This document shows, in pieces, positions 23,040 through 35,170 of a stretch of 51,041 bases of DNA; positions within the stretch are counted from its first letter, which is position 1; each line of letters begins with the position of its first letter. The DNA lies in assembly GCA_003427395.1 (NCBI GenBank), contig BFEA01000014.1, forward strand, positions 4,984,520-5,035,560, read 5' to 3'. This stretch comes from Chara braunii. Taxonomy: Eukaryota > Plantae > Charophyceae. A program made the translations under genes and the position numbers. The notes beneath the pieces were generated by a model, which was given only the letters and a program-made list of their open reading frames with translations, ran no database searches and was not told the DNA's origin.

Positions 23040-23457
23040 AATCATCCGTCTAGTAAAGTCATTCAAAAAGGTCACACACACCCAACTCGCTAAAATGAAA
23101 GAGGGACTCGTTTTCTCCTTGTCCTCTCTTTTCTCCTCACTTCCTCCCTCTCTTCATCGGCCTCCTCCTCTCTCTACCCCCTCCTCCCCTCCTCCCTTGG
23201 GCGTTCGCGCAATCACCGTTCCACCATGACGACCTTTCCCCCTTCTCGCCTGTAGTTTCTCGCCTAAACAGTTTACTCCACACCTTCCTCCCTCAATCAA
23301 CTCAACTCAATCAATCAGTGGATAACACCTTCCACCATTAATCGACTGATTGAGTTGAGTTGATTGATTACTTGATTGGAATCAATACCTTCCTCCCTAA
23401 ACAGTTTCTCGCCTAATTTCGCTTGAGTTGATTGATAACTTGATTGGAATCGACTAA

Positions 23458-23584
23458 GGGCGCCCATAATCGACTACGGACTTTTTCGCTTATTTATGGA
23501 AGTGATTGCGATCACATACTTCCAGGACCTAGGCGTAATTACGATCAGAAACATTTTCAGGAGAGTGCTTGTGCGAGTACGCCC
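23458..23584. mobile_element. MITE family H1 with TAA TSD
   Basis: TAA-gggcgccc...gagtacgccc-TAA. Confidence 0.65.
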
Positions 23585-23604
23585 TAATAATCTATATTCA
23601 GTTC

Positions 23605-23680
23605 TTTCTTTTTATTTCTTATTTTGTTGAAGGGAGACGGCCTTGCAATATCATCATCGAACTGACCGCCCATCTGCTTC
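23605..23680 (-). mobile_element. SINE family S 3' end with A-rich tail
   Basis: Minus: ggtcagttcgatgatgatattgcaaggccgtctcccttcaacaaaataagaaataaa. Confidence 0.55.
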
Positions 23681-23858
23681 CAACGGAGCTCGGTCGATTG
23701 GTTAATCTATTCTTTTTCTACTCCTCCGCGCCTTTCTACTTTAGTCTCATCAATCTATGCCTAATCATACTTGCGCTCCCTCCCATAGTCAAGCGATTGA
23801 TAATTGCCACGTGGTGAACCGTACGCACAGAGAGAGAAAAACAAACCACAGCGGCTAG

Positions 23859-23902
23859 GACAGACTTCCATCGGAGTTTCATGGACTCATCATGAGGCTA
23901 AG

Positions 23903-23904
<2 letters not shown>
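23859..23904 (-). pseudogene. Strongly decayed hammerhead copy
   Basis: Minus: ggcttagcctc-ATGATGA-gtcca-tgaaact-ccgat-GGAA-gtctgtc; same loop II as the 1686 copy. Confidence 0.6.
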
Positions 23905-23961
<57 letters not shown>

Positions 23962-24018
23962 TGCCCGGTGAACCGTAGGCAGAGAGAGAGAAGAAGAGGC
24001 CAACAGACGAGGGGCTGT

Positions 24019-24066
24019 GACAGACTGTTCCGTCGGCGTTTTACCGACTGACTCATCAGGACGCTC
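24019..24066 (-). pseudogene. Decayed hammerhead copy (4-nt duplication after core, A13G)
   Basis: Minus: CTGATGA-gtca-GTCGG-taaaacg-CCGAC-GGAA-cagtctgtc, then the same downstream sequence as 1723-1781. Confidence 0.75.
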
Positions 24067-24089
24067 AAAAAATATATATATATATATAT

Positions 24090-24680
24090 GGTCACACTGT
24101 GAATCAGAGCGCGAAGGCGAAAAAAAGCAAAACAAGGAAAGGAAAAGAAGGAAGGAAGGAAAGCCCCACCTGTTCATCACCTCTTACGTACAAGGCCAGC
24201 CACGTGGATGACAGGTTGAGCGCTGGCTGCCCCCATCCCCGTGTGTCACAAGGACCCACTTGCACGCAACCAAAAGGCAAAAAAAGAGGTAAAGAAAAGG
24301 AGGAAACCAAACCTGACAGGGAAAGAAAGATAATCCAATTGTCACAAAGCAATATATATATATATATATCGTCACATGAATATCAGAGCGCAAAGGCGGA
24401 AAAAACAGAAAAAAACAAGAAAAAAACAATTCGTTTTTTTATCTTCTTTCTTACAACTTCCCCTGTTCATAAAGAACCTCTTGCGTACAAGGCCGCCCAC
24501 GTGGATGTAGGTTGAGCGGAGCGGCGGCTGCCCCCACCCCCGTGTGTCATATCGACCCAATTGCACACGGCCAAAGGGCAAAGAGGCAAAGAAAAGAGGA
24601 AGGGAACAGCCAAATACAACAAAACAGGGGGCAACAAGCAATAGCACCAAACACGGATCCTAGATGACAAGTCCCACATG
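24090..24680 (+). mobile_element. Two tandem 5' portions of the hammerhead-bearing LTR-like unit, each starting after (TA)n
   Basis: gtcaca starts at 24091 and 24371; shared ctct..cgtacaaggc...ccccgtgtg block also at 1076-1164. Confidence 0.65.
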
Positions 24681-25194
24681 CAAGCACCGCCCCTCCTTCA
24701 CAGGCCAAACGACAGGACACGACCGCCCAGGACAAACTCTTGTCTGAAAAAAAAAAAAAAAAAAACAGATTACATATCTATATACAGCAGATGTAGAACG
24801 CATTGCCAACGTGATGACAGTATCGGACGTGAGGCGATGACATCAACATCTAACGGAAGCCACCCCTCTTCCCTCCTCGTACCCGCCTTCCGCCCGCCTG
24901 ACAATGGAAAAAAAAATAATAATAATAATAATGACTACACAAACTGTCCTTCTTTCTTTTAGAAGGGTAATCAATGGAAAAAAATAATAATAAAAAAATA
25001 ATAATAATAATAATAAATGAAAGAATGCATTCCTCACTGCACGAGCAGCAAAGCCCCTCCAAAAAAAACAAAAACAAAAAAAAAAAAAGAATACCTGGAA
25101 CTTTTATTACCTGAAAATACAAAAAGCAAAAAAGAAAGCGCGCCGAGCAGGCAATGCCTAGGTATCAAAAAGCCAAGTAAAGTTCCAAAACAGT

Positions 25195-25321
25195 GGGCCT
25201 CGCTCGACTACTCCGCAGCCGAAGTGCAAAATCAGAATGAATCTTCCGCTAGAACATGGAAAGATACACCGCCATTTGTTTTTTTTTTTGTTTGCATGTA
25301 GTCAGTAGTGGAGCGAAGGGC
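25195..25321. mobile_element. Harbinger-like MITE family H2 (TIR GGGCCTCGC...)
   Basis: gggcctcgctcgactact...agtagtggagcgaagggc; core aatgaatcttccgctagaacatggaaagatacacc also at ~13935, 46260, 47980, 49170, 49330. Confidence 0.65.
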
Positions 25322-25380
25322 ACTACTACAGTACTTCCAGCAACACAACGAAACGAACAAAACTCAAATTACGTACGGGA

Positions 25381-26225
25381 TCCCGATCTGCCACACGGCA
25401 TGCCCGACCTGCCACGACGACGATGCAATCTCAATCTGCCACGTGGCATGCCCCGATCTGCCACGTGGCATGCCCGATATGCCACGTGGCATGCCCGATA
25501 TGCCACGCTGCAATCTCGACCCGCCACGTGTCATGGGCGACCTGCCACCTTGCAATCCCAATCTGCCACGTTGCAATCCCGATCATGCCATATTGTAATT
25601 CCGATCTGCCACGCGGCATGCCCGACCTGCCCCTTCGTAATCACGATCTGCCACGTGGCTCGTCGATCGTCGCATCCACGTCACGCTGCAGCCGTGAAAA
25701 CAGATCCGTCCCGATCTGCCACGTGGCATGCCCAGACTGCCACGTTGGCATGCCCAACCTGTCACGTGGCTCCTCGATCGTCGCATTCACTTCACTCTAC
25801 TAATAGACGCTACTCACATTCTCTTCACGCCGTGAAAAGAGATCCATACTCTTTCCTTCTTTTTTTTTTTCCCTTTTTTTTTTTTATCACGACCGACCTG
25901 CCACGTTGCAATCCCGAGCTGCCACGTGGCTCCTCGATCGTCGCATCCACTTCACACTACTACAATAATTAGACGCGACTACACGCCGTGAAAAGAGATC
26001 CGTCCCGATCTGCCACGTGGCATGCCCAGACTGCCACGTCATAATCTCGACCTGTCACGTGGCTCCTCGATCGTCGCATTCACGTCACTCTACTAATCAT
26101 AGACGCCACTCGATTTCTCTTCACGCCGTGAAAACCTGCCACGTTGCAATCCCGAGCTGCCACGTGCACGTCACTCTACTAATTAGACGCGACTCGATTT
26201 CTCTTCGCGCCGTGAAAAAGATCCG
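25381..26225. repeat. ~20-bp minisatellite (cccgatctgccacgtggcatg) with higher-order repeats, G-box rich
   Basis: TGCCACGTGGC seven times (25437, 25459, 25480, 25649, 25717, 25920, 26011) plus many half-sites. Confidence 0.88.
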
Positions 26226-26397
26226 TCCTCTTTTTTATTGCTTTTTTAATTCCCTTTTTAATTCCCTTTTTTTTATTCCTTTTTTTAATTCCTTCTTTTT
26301 ACTCCTTTTTTTATTCCTTTTTTTAATTCCTTTTTTTATTCCTTTCTTTATCATTTTTTTCTTTTTTACACGACGCTTCGTGCTCAATTCGCTTCCC

Positions 26398-26433
<36 letters not shown>

Positions 26434-27153
26434 CAAATTCCATATTTTAATTCCAATTTCACGAATCAAGGCCGGCGATCTCACAATTCCACCCGGTGTT
26501 ATCCCGCCAGCATCAGCCGGTTTGGGTTACTGAAGCATGTGAACCAAATCAATCATCTGACAACAAAGAACCAATCAAATTACCTCCCAGACCAACCTAC
26601 CAACCTACTAGGATATACTCTCCTACTGGCNNNNNNNNNNNNNNNNNNNNNNNNNNNNNNNNNNNNNNNNNNNNNNNNNNNNNNNNNNNNNNNNNNNNNN
26701 NNNNNNNNNNNNNNNNNNNNNNNNNNNNNNNNNNNNNNNNNNNNNNNNNNNNNNNNNNNNNNNNNNNNNNNNNNNNNNNNNNNNNNNNNNNNNNNNNNNN
26801 NNNNNNNNNNNNNNNNNNNNNNNNNNNNNNNNNNNNNNNNNNNNNNNNNNNNNNNNNNNNNNNNNNNNNNNNNNNNNNNNNNNNNNNNNNNNNNNNNNNN
26901 NNNNNNNNNNNNNNNNNNNNNNNNNNNNNNNNNNNNNNNNNNNNNNNNNNNNNNNNNNNNNNNNNNNNNNNNNNNNNNNNNNNNNNNNNNNNNNNNNNNN
27001 NNNNNNNNNNNNNNNNNNNNNNNNNNNNNNNNNNNNNNNNNNNNNNNNNNNNNNNNNNNNNNNNNNNNNNNNNNNNNNNNNNNNNNNNNNNNNNNNNNNA
27101 AAAAAAAAAAAAAAACCGGGGGGGAAGAAAATTGAGCGCGAAGCGTCATGAGG

Positions 27154-27188
<35 letters not shown>

Positions 27189-27335
27189 AGAATCAGAAGA
27201 AAAACGCCGTCTTGCCTGGATCATACGACATCTGGCTGCTCCTTGGTCTAAAAAAAAAAAAAAACGCCGGCTTTATTTCCCGCCTTCACTCTCCTCCTAC
27301 GGTAGTATCTCTCCAGGAATCTGACGGCGTCCCTA

Positions 27336-27444
27336 CCGTCTTCACCCGAATAGAACGCCCGGTCATTGTAGCTCTGTATTTAATACAACCTTTCCGTCTA
27401 GATACAGAGATAATAACCAAGGCGTTCTATTTGGATAAAGACGG
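27336..27444. mobile_element. MITE family T
   Basis: TA-ccgtcttcacccgaatagaacgcc...ggcgttctatttggataaagacgg. Confidence 0.75.
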
Positions 27445-27459
27445 CCAGGCGTCGGACAC

Positions 27460-27519
27460 CCTGCACACTATGACCATCAATCATCCTTCTGCTGCATGCC
27501 CTTTTTTTTTCTTTTTTTT

Positions 27520-27551
<32 letters not shown>

Positions 27552-27765
27552 TATATGTGCGCGCCATGTTAAGGTGAGTGATGATTTTATTTTCCTCTTA
27601 TTATTTTTTATCCAAAGGTGTGTGCTGCACACTATGATCATCAATCATCCATCTGCTGCGTGCCATTTTTTTATTTTTTTTTTTTTTTTGATGTGCGTGC
27701 CATGTTAAGGTGAGTGATTATTTTCTTTTCCTCTTACTGTATTATTTTTTTCCAAAGGTGTGTGA
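27460..27765. repeat. Tandem duplication, ~165-bp unit
   Basis: ctgcacactatga.catcaatcatcc...ccatgttaaggtgagtgat...tccaaaggtgtgtg twice. Confidence 0.8.
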
Positions 27766-28357
27766 TGCTTTTCCGAGACAGGTGCAGCGTTGGGAATGAG
27801 ACATCTGAAGCGGGAGAGGAGGAGGAGAAGGAGGAGGAGGAGGAGGAGGAGGTGGTTCTGCTTAGTTCAAAACACTTACCTACCAAACACTATACCTATA
27901 TGGCTCCCCTTCTCTCCCAGATATGAAGTACTTTCCTTCACCCTGTATCTAGACTGAACAGTGACCCAAATACAGCTATAACGACCGTGCGTTCTTTTCG
28001 GGGAACGAACGGTAGCACCTCATGACAAGAGAAGGGGAAACGCGTAATCAATGGAGTCCATCAAGACGGTTAGATCGTTAGGACCTGCCACGTGGCTGGA
28101 TGCTATACACACATCACCTCTTCATTCACAGATCATGAGATCAAATCCTGGACCACATCCAAAAAAAAAAAAAAAAAAAAAAACAACAACAACAACTAGC
28201 CCAAGTTTTTATTTTTACATTTTTCGTTCTCTACACCCTGATCGTCATTGAATCCCTCCTTATCTCTTCCGCTTCCCACAAGAAGTAGAGAGAGAGCCTA
28301 ACTACAAACCCTAATCCTCTCTACCCCATTCCCTCTCTTACTCTCGCTTTCTCATTA

Positions 28358-28466
28358 CCGTCTTCACCCGAATACAACGTACCCTAATCATACATGACTG
28401 TATCGGATCAGAAAAAGACGTTATATACGTTCGTGATCAGGGTGGGTGGTATTCGGTTGAAGACGT
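28358..28466. mobile_element. MITE family T (another partial copy at 27931-28012)
   Basis: TA-ccgtcttcacccgaatac...gtattcggttgaagacgt-TA. Confidence 0.7.
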
Positions 28467-28633
28467 TAACCTCGTTCACAAATAGTTCCCACTCCCTCCA
28501 CACCTCCTAAACCATCTCCCTCCTACTCACCGCACCATTCTCCATAACCATCCCCTCTCTTGCTCTTCATAACTCTCTCACTCCCTTCTTCCGCCTTTTT
28601 TTTTTCCCCTCCTTGATTAGACAGATCGTCCTC

Positions 28634-28832
28634 TTCCATTTCCTCTTTCCTCACCTCTGCCTCTCCGGCGTGTTTAATCTTTCACTCTTTGAGAAAGAAC
28701 GAGAGAGAGAGAACTTCCATTTCCTCTTTCCTCACCTCTGCCTCTCCGGCGTGTTTAATCTTTCACTCTTTGAGAAAGAGAACGAGAGAGAGAGAAAGAG
28801 AGAGAGAGTACTTGTTTCAGTTGCCTCAGCCA

Positions 28833-28919
<87 letters not shown>

Positions 28920-28954
28920 TTCCTCTCTCTCTCTTACCCGCCACCGCAGTTTCG

Positions 28955-29032
<78 letters not shown>

Positions 29033-29250
29033 AAGAAACCGCGATGCCGCCCCGTGGACAAAATCCATCTCTCTTTCTCTCTCTCTCGTGCACACAAAGG
29101 CACACACACATACACACACACACACACACANCACACACACACACACACACACACGCACGCACACGGACGCACAAACGAACGCACACACACGCGCGCACAC
29201 GGGCATACGCACACAAACGCACGCGCGCGCGCACACACGCACACACACTC
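28634..29250. repeat. ~80-bp tandem duplication followed by (CT)n/(CA)n/(GA)n microsatellites
   Basis: Direct observation. Confidence 0.85.
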
Positions 29251-29739
29251 TTCGCGGAGCCCTGCTGCCCTATTCACCGTGATTGCACGAGTGGGCCCAA
29301 CCAAAATAGAGGACGACAATGGCCCGTCCGCTCAAATACCTTCTTGGGGGTTATTTCCGACCTTACATATTTTCTTTCCCCTCTCTTTCTTTTCCCGAGC
29401 TCATGCAATTTGCGAGTATTCTGCTCGTGTCGTTTTTTCTCTTTTCTGCCTTCTACGAAAGTAATGGCACAGCTCGACCGATCAGGCGATTGATGGGTTG
29501 ATCGATCGATCGATCGATCGATCAATCAATCAATAACACGCACCAGTCAATGGACCAATCCATCCATCCATCAATCAATCAAACAATCCATTAATCGATC
29601 AGTCCATCACGCAATTACTCAATCAATCAATCAATCAACTGATGTGGAGCATCACGATCGGCGAAGAACCTCCTTCAGCAACAACGAGGCTCAATCTCGA
29701 CACCACGAAGAAAAAACGACAATGTTTCGATTGCACACG

Positions 29740-30427
29740 ACAACATACATGCACACGCACGCACACACGCGTACACGCACCCACGCATGCACCCACCCAC
29801 GCACGCGCACACACCCACGCACACACACACACACATACACACATGCACGCGCGCACACACCCACCCACTTGCGCACACCCACCCGCGCCCGCATGCACCC
29901 ACCCGCGCGCGCACGCACCCACATGCACAATCACACACGCGCACGCACCCACCAACACGTACGCACCACCCACACGCACGCCCACGCACACGCACGCACA
30001 CAAACACCCACACACACACACGCGCACACACACACGCGCGCGCACGCACCCACCAACACGTACGCACCACCCACACGCACGCCCACGCACACGCACGCAC
30101 ACAAGCACCCACACACACACACGCGCACACACACGCCCGCGCACGCCCGCCTCACGCACGCGCACGCCCGCCTCACGGACGCCCACGTCCGCGCGCCCAC
30201 GCACGCCCACGTCCGCACGCCCACGCACGCCCGCCCACGCACACCCACGTCCGCCCGCCCACGCCTCGCGCGCACGTCCGCCCACGCAAGCCCGCCCACG
30301 CACACCCACGTCCGCCCGCGCCCCGCGCGCACGTCCGCCCACGCACGCCCGCCCACGCCCCCCGCGCACGTCCGCCCACGCACGCCTGCGCACGCCCGCG
30401 CACGCCCGCCCACGCACAACACACACA
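29740..30427. repeat. Degenerate (CA)n/(CACG)n/(CCCACG)n satellite
   Basis: Direct observation; source of the H/T/R/P-rich ORFs. Confidence 0.9.
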
Positions 30428-31287
30428 AATACAATCCTTCAACAGCTGCGACGCTTCCGCGCACACACCGGTGGCCTTACCTCCTCCGCAACCGCCCTTT
30501 TCAGCTCCCTTGTTCTATGTACTGCTTCGCCTTGGGCTGGCCGAAGGAAAAAAGGCAGTAGACAGTTGGCCCTTTAGGCTCACTCACAGCAAGATTGTTT
30601 TTGCTTTTATGTATCTGAGCATGATTTTTTCCTCTTTTTATGTATCTGAGCATAAATCACCGCCAAATTCCGTCGTAAAAGTCCGACCGTGAGGATCCCA
30701 CAGTCCATAGTCCATGTGCTTTTTGGCTGGCAATAACTGGGACCCCACGTATGTCCAGAAGAACAAGCACCTACTCACTCACACAGCGACGGCATCCCAG
30801 CAAAAAAAAAAACAATCCGAGGCGTTTCCGCGGTCGCCACGGCCTCTTCAGGTGGAGGTTACCCTCCTACTGTACACCACCTTCCATCTCCGACGATGTT
30901 TATTTCCGGAAGAGACAACAAAAAAAAGTGTCCACGTGGCTTCTTTTCATTGCACCGTGCAACCCGGCGGCCCACGTGGACGGCAATCGCAGGTCTTCAC
31001 CTTCACACCCATCAGGCTACAGATCAACCGAACTGGTTTGAAACACGATGGACATTCGTGGCAGGATTGCGTAACGGTATACGACTCATTTTCATACTCC
31101 TCGTGGCCCTTCAGCATCTTGAAATCTTTCTCTTTCCCCACGTACTTACAATGACAACATTCAATCCCTCGCGCTCCAAGCGCAACACCACCAAGCACCT
31201 GGACGAGGCCCTCGGCCAGATGACCCATAGGCGACTCCGCTGCCATGACCGTGACAGTGGCGTAGGTACGAACGTGAGCACCCTACG

Positions 31288-31510
31288 AGTCGCAGGTGGG
31301 GGGGGTACAAGCAGCAGCCTACCGGTCGGAGGTGGGGACAAGCGAAAGCCTACCCGTCGCAGGGGGGGACAAGCGACAGCCTACTGATCGGAGGGGAGGG
31401 ACAAGCAACAGCCTACCGGTCGCAGGTGGGGACAGGCCACATCCTACCGGTCGCTGGTGGGGACAAGCAAAAGCCTACCGGTCTGAGGAGGGGACAAGCA
31501 ACAACCTACC
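31288..31510. repeat. ~32-bp minisatellite (gtcgcaggtggggacaagc..cagcctaccg), about 7 units
   Basis: Direct observation. Confidence 0.85.
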
Positions 31511-31839
31511 ACTTCCACGGTCTCCCACACATGATGAGCACGTCCAACTCCTCACCCATCTCCTATTTCTCCATTCTCCCCTCTCCCTCCTGAGTCTTTT
31601 CTCCCCTCTGCCTCCTCTTCCTGCCCTCCTCCCCTCTTTTTTTTTTCGGCAGAGAGAAATCCCTCGTGCCCGTGCAACGTGCAACCTTCAGTCACTACGC
31701 ACCCTCGCGTCACAGAGTGCTACCGCTCCGTCGCCCTATCGTGATGGGAAGATAACCAAAATTGCCCGCGCAACAACAGACTACCGTTGGTACGTCGCCC
31801 GGGCCGTCGGTCCACCCCTGCCGTCCTTCCCTTCCACTG

Positions 31840-32205
31840 GTTCTGCTGGCAGTGAAGTCGTCCATTTCCCACAGTCTGCAATTGGAGCGCAATTTGGCTT
31901 CTGCTGGCAGTGTCCTCGTCCCTATCCCACAGTCCGCAATTCCAGGGCAATTTAGCTTCTGCTGGCAGTGTCCTCGTCCCTATCCCACAGTCCGCAATTG
32001 CAGGGCAATTTAGCTTTATCCAGCCAGGTCTGCTCTTATCCAGGTCGTCCATTTCCCACAGTCTGCAATTGGAGTGCAATGTAGCTTCTGCTGGCAGTGT
32101 CCTCGTCCCTATCCCACAGTCCACAATTGCAGCGCAATTTAGCTTCTGCTGGCAGTGTCCTCGTCCTTATCCAGGTCTGTTCTTATCTGCTCTTATCCAG
32201 GTCCA
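31840..32205. repeat. ~59-bp minisatellite (gcttctgctggcagtgtcctcgtccctatcccacagtccgcaatt...)
   Basis: About five units with internal rearrangement. Confidence 0.85.
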
Positions 32206-34339
32206 CCCCACTGCCCCGCGCCCTGGGGAAAAATTGGCAGACTGGTGTTTTGCGAACTCCACTCGTCTGGAAACCCGCACGGAAACCTACAATGGAAAGC
32301 CTTTTCAGAACCCATCGACCGTAGAAGGATGTAGCTGGAAACGTGTCAGAAGTCTTTCTACGCGGTTGGCGGCCTGGAAACCAACGACATCATCCTTCCA
32401 CAACCTTTCCAGAATGGCCTCCCAACCGACTAGGAGGGGGCCCATGTTCTTCCTTGGAAAAAAAAGGTCGTGCGCGTGTGGTCCAGCTGACGTCACAGCG
32501 GACCGTTTTATGGTCAGGCAAGCCCTATGTGGGCCCTTGCATGGCTGCCCTGTGTGTGTGTGTGTGGTCCAGCTGACGTCACGGACATCCGCTGTCGTGT
32601 CGCACGACTCCTATGTGGGCCCTTGCATGGCTGCCCTGCACGGCCCCTCATTTTCGAAACGGCACGGTTTTCGAATTTGAATTCGGGCGGGCTGGGGACG
32701 GTGGCCAGCCATGCAGCTGTGATCCAGCCATGCAATGGCACCATATGAATGCACGTGGGAATCCTGTTAGCCGTGCATATTGTCCTCGTCTCGACTGCCG
32801 GGATTTGAATGTGTGTTCGCAGTGCAATGCCATCGCTGACGAGCATCGTAGGCGCAGGGTGTGGGGCCTATGCTTGGGGTCATCGGTTTTGGCGGCGTCA
32901 TCGACCAGGGTGTGGGCGATGGTTGCATTCGGAAGGGGTGGGCGGCGTGGCGACGATCGTCCGGGCAGGGAAGGTTTCGAGAGAAGCAGTTTCGCCAGTT
33001 TCTCGGGGTGTGAACGCATTGCATCGATTGCTGCTTCATCTCGCATGGGCTGTTTCTCAGGTTGTGGTTCCACATCAGTCATCATTGTCATCATCAACTC
33101 TTCTTCATCCTCGTCGAATTCCGTGTGGCCACGCTGCTTTGTCTGCGTCGTCTGGACAGGACTGCACGTGAGAGCGTACTCCAATCTCCACATCCGCTCA
33201 GTGTCCAGGTGGTGGTTGCTCCTTCTTCCTGCCATTGTTGTGCCTGCCCATCGTGACTTCATCGTTGCTCCCCCCCCGTAGTTGTCATGATCCACGAAGC
33301 AAGCAGTGTTGGTGGAGGAACATTATGATTGTGGGCTTTGATAGGCTGCTGTTTGATCGTCGTTGTTGTCATCGTCACTGCATTGTTGTTGTCCATATCT
33401 TTGTTTTGCGTTGTTCTCTTCTTGTGCTTGTAGTGGGCGGTGCAAGGATTGTAGCGGTGCAGGCAGGCGAGCTGCTTTTGCTGCTCAGCGTCGAAGTAGA
33501 CGGCGGCAAGTATCTGTTGTCCCTTGTGGCATTTGGAGGGGGAATGGATCCGAGATGGTGGACGGCGGACACCATTTGAGGCACTGAGGGCGGACAACGC
33601 TGAAGGCAAAACACTCCGATGAGGCCCGCCACGAGGAAGGAAAAAACAACAAAAATATTTTCGAATTGAAATGCCATAAGTTCCAACAGCTCCTTTTCGA
33701 CGCCCAGGGGATTGTTGAACGATGAACCCCGCCACCAATTCACTGCGACACATCCCACACTGTCACGCACAGCCGCACACGGACATGTCCTGGTCCAAGA
33801 ACAGAGGAAGGTCATGCACCTCAACCCCCTCCCAACTTTCCTTTTCGGGGGGACCCCTCCGACCTTTCTTTTTCAGGTACGTTTTGTCATTTCCAATGCA
33901 TGTTTTTGCAGTTGCGGTGGGGTCCCACGGAAACCCACCAAAGTTTTTTCGAACTTGGTAGCCCGTGTTTTATGGCCAACCACTTTTTCCAGGCGTTGAG
34001 CAGTGGGGTCCACCCCTTAGGGTCTAATCCCACACTACTTAATGTAAGTAAAAAGGAATTTTCTATGGGATCCCACCGGTTTTCGCAGATGTAGGGAGTT
34101 CCACCAGCGACAGAGCGTTGTGGAAACGTTTGATGTCGTGTCACTTGGGGAACACAACGACGAGAACGATTAGGGCATTCTGGAAAAGCGCTCGACCCGT
34201 ACCCTCTCCCCCAAAAGAAAGCGCAATTTTGGTTGTTTTTTTTATTTATTTTTTATGTATGTTTGGAGGACCTGGTTCGTCCGTAGAACGTCCTGCGTGA
34301 GAGAGTTTAGCATTGCGGTTTACTGCTTATCACTCTCGC

Positions 34340-34561
34340 CAATATTTATTGACTGAATTTTTTGAATCGAATGGAGAAAGAGTGCACACCTGCCTTATCG
34401 ATTTCTTGTCGAGTGTTGTAGTTATATCAATCAGGAAGATAGCTTGTATACAATTTATTGACTGAATTCTTTGAATCGAAGGGAGAAAGAGTGCACACCG
34501 ACCTTGTCGATTTCTTGCCGACTACTGTAGCTATATCCAATCAGGAAGATAACTTGTATAC
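34340..34561. repeat. Tandem duplication, 2 x ~110 bp
   Basis: tttattgactgaatt..tgaatcgaa.ggagaaagagtgcacacc...aatcaggaagata.cttgtatac twice. Confidence 0.85.
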
Positions 34562-35085
34562 GTTCGTTATGAATTTAATGTAAATTCGTTATTTTTGTTA
34601 TACTAATTTATTTTATTATTTTATTTATTATTCAGTATTGTAAGTAAACCTTTACGAGGAGGGTGAAGAAATATAGAGACAAAGGTGCAATGGGAAGAAG
34701 ATGAGCATGGTGAAAGATAACAGACGAAAATATCTGGCGGTTGGTGAATAGAGACACCAAGCGTGAGTTGCTGGGGATTTTGTACTCGAGTTACTATAGG
34801 TTCTCTGCACCTTATTTAGTGTTATTTTACTCGAATTATGAACTATCAAGGAAAGTAATTCTTCAGAGAACTAGAGGCACAAGATAAATTTATTTGTGTT
34901 TCACTTTTTCCTACTACTGTCATTATTATTTATTATTATTTTTAATATTTATCATTTTACTTATTATTATTTTTATTATTATTATTATTTTCTTTAGCTG
35001 GTCGAAAATCTAATTTAGATATGCTTAAGGAAACGATGAAAGGAGTGAGAGAACTGCCTTATCAGACTGAGTCATGTCATGTGCT

Positions 35086-35102
35086 TATATATATATATGT
35101 GA

Positions 35103-35168
<66 letters not shown>
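35086..35168. repeat. (TA)n microsatellite with embedded TGTGACG
   Basis: Direct observation. Confidence 0.9.

Positions 35169-35170
<2 letters not shown>

Noticed and set aside
24180-24570. YDTRGWGQPALN peptide as a GIY-YIG C-terminus of a Penelope element
   Set aside because: Frames are short and inconsistent between copies, no GIY/YIG or RT motifs, and at 944-1789 it is antisense to the ribozyme
25321-25335. CACTACTACA as a CACTA terminus
   Set aside because: No matching TAGTG end with 3-bp TSD found; the motif recurs inside the adjacent satellite
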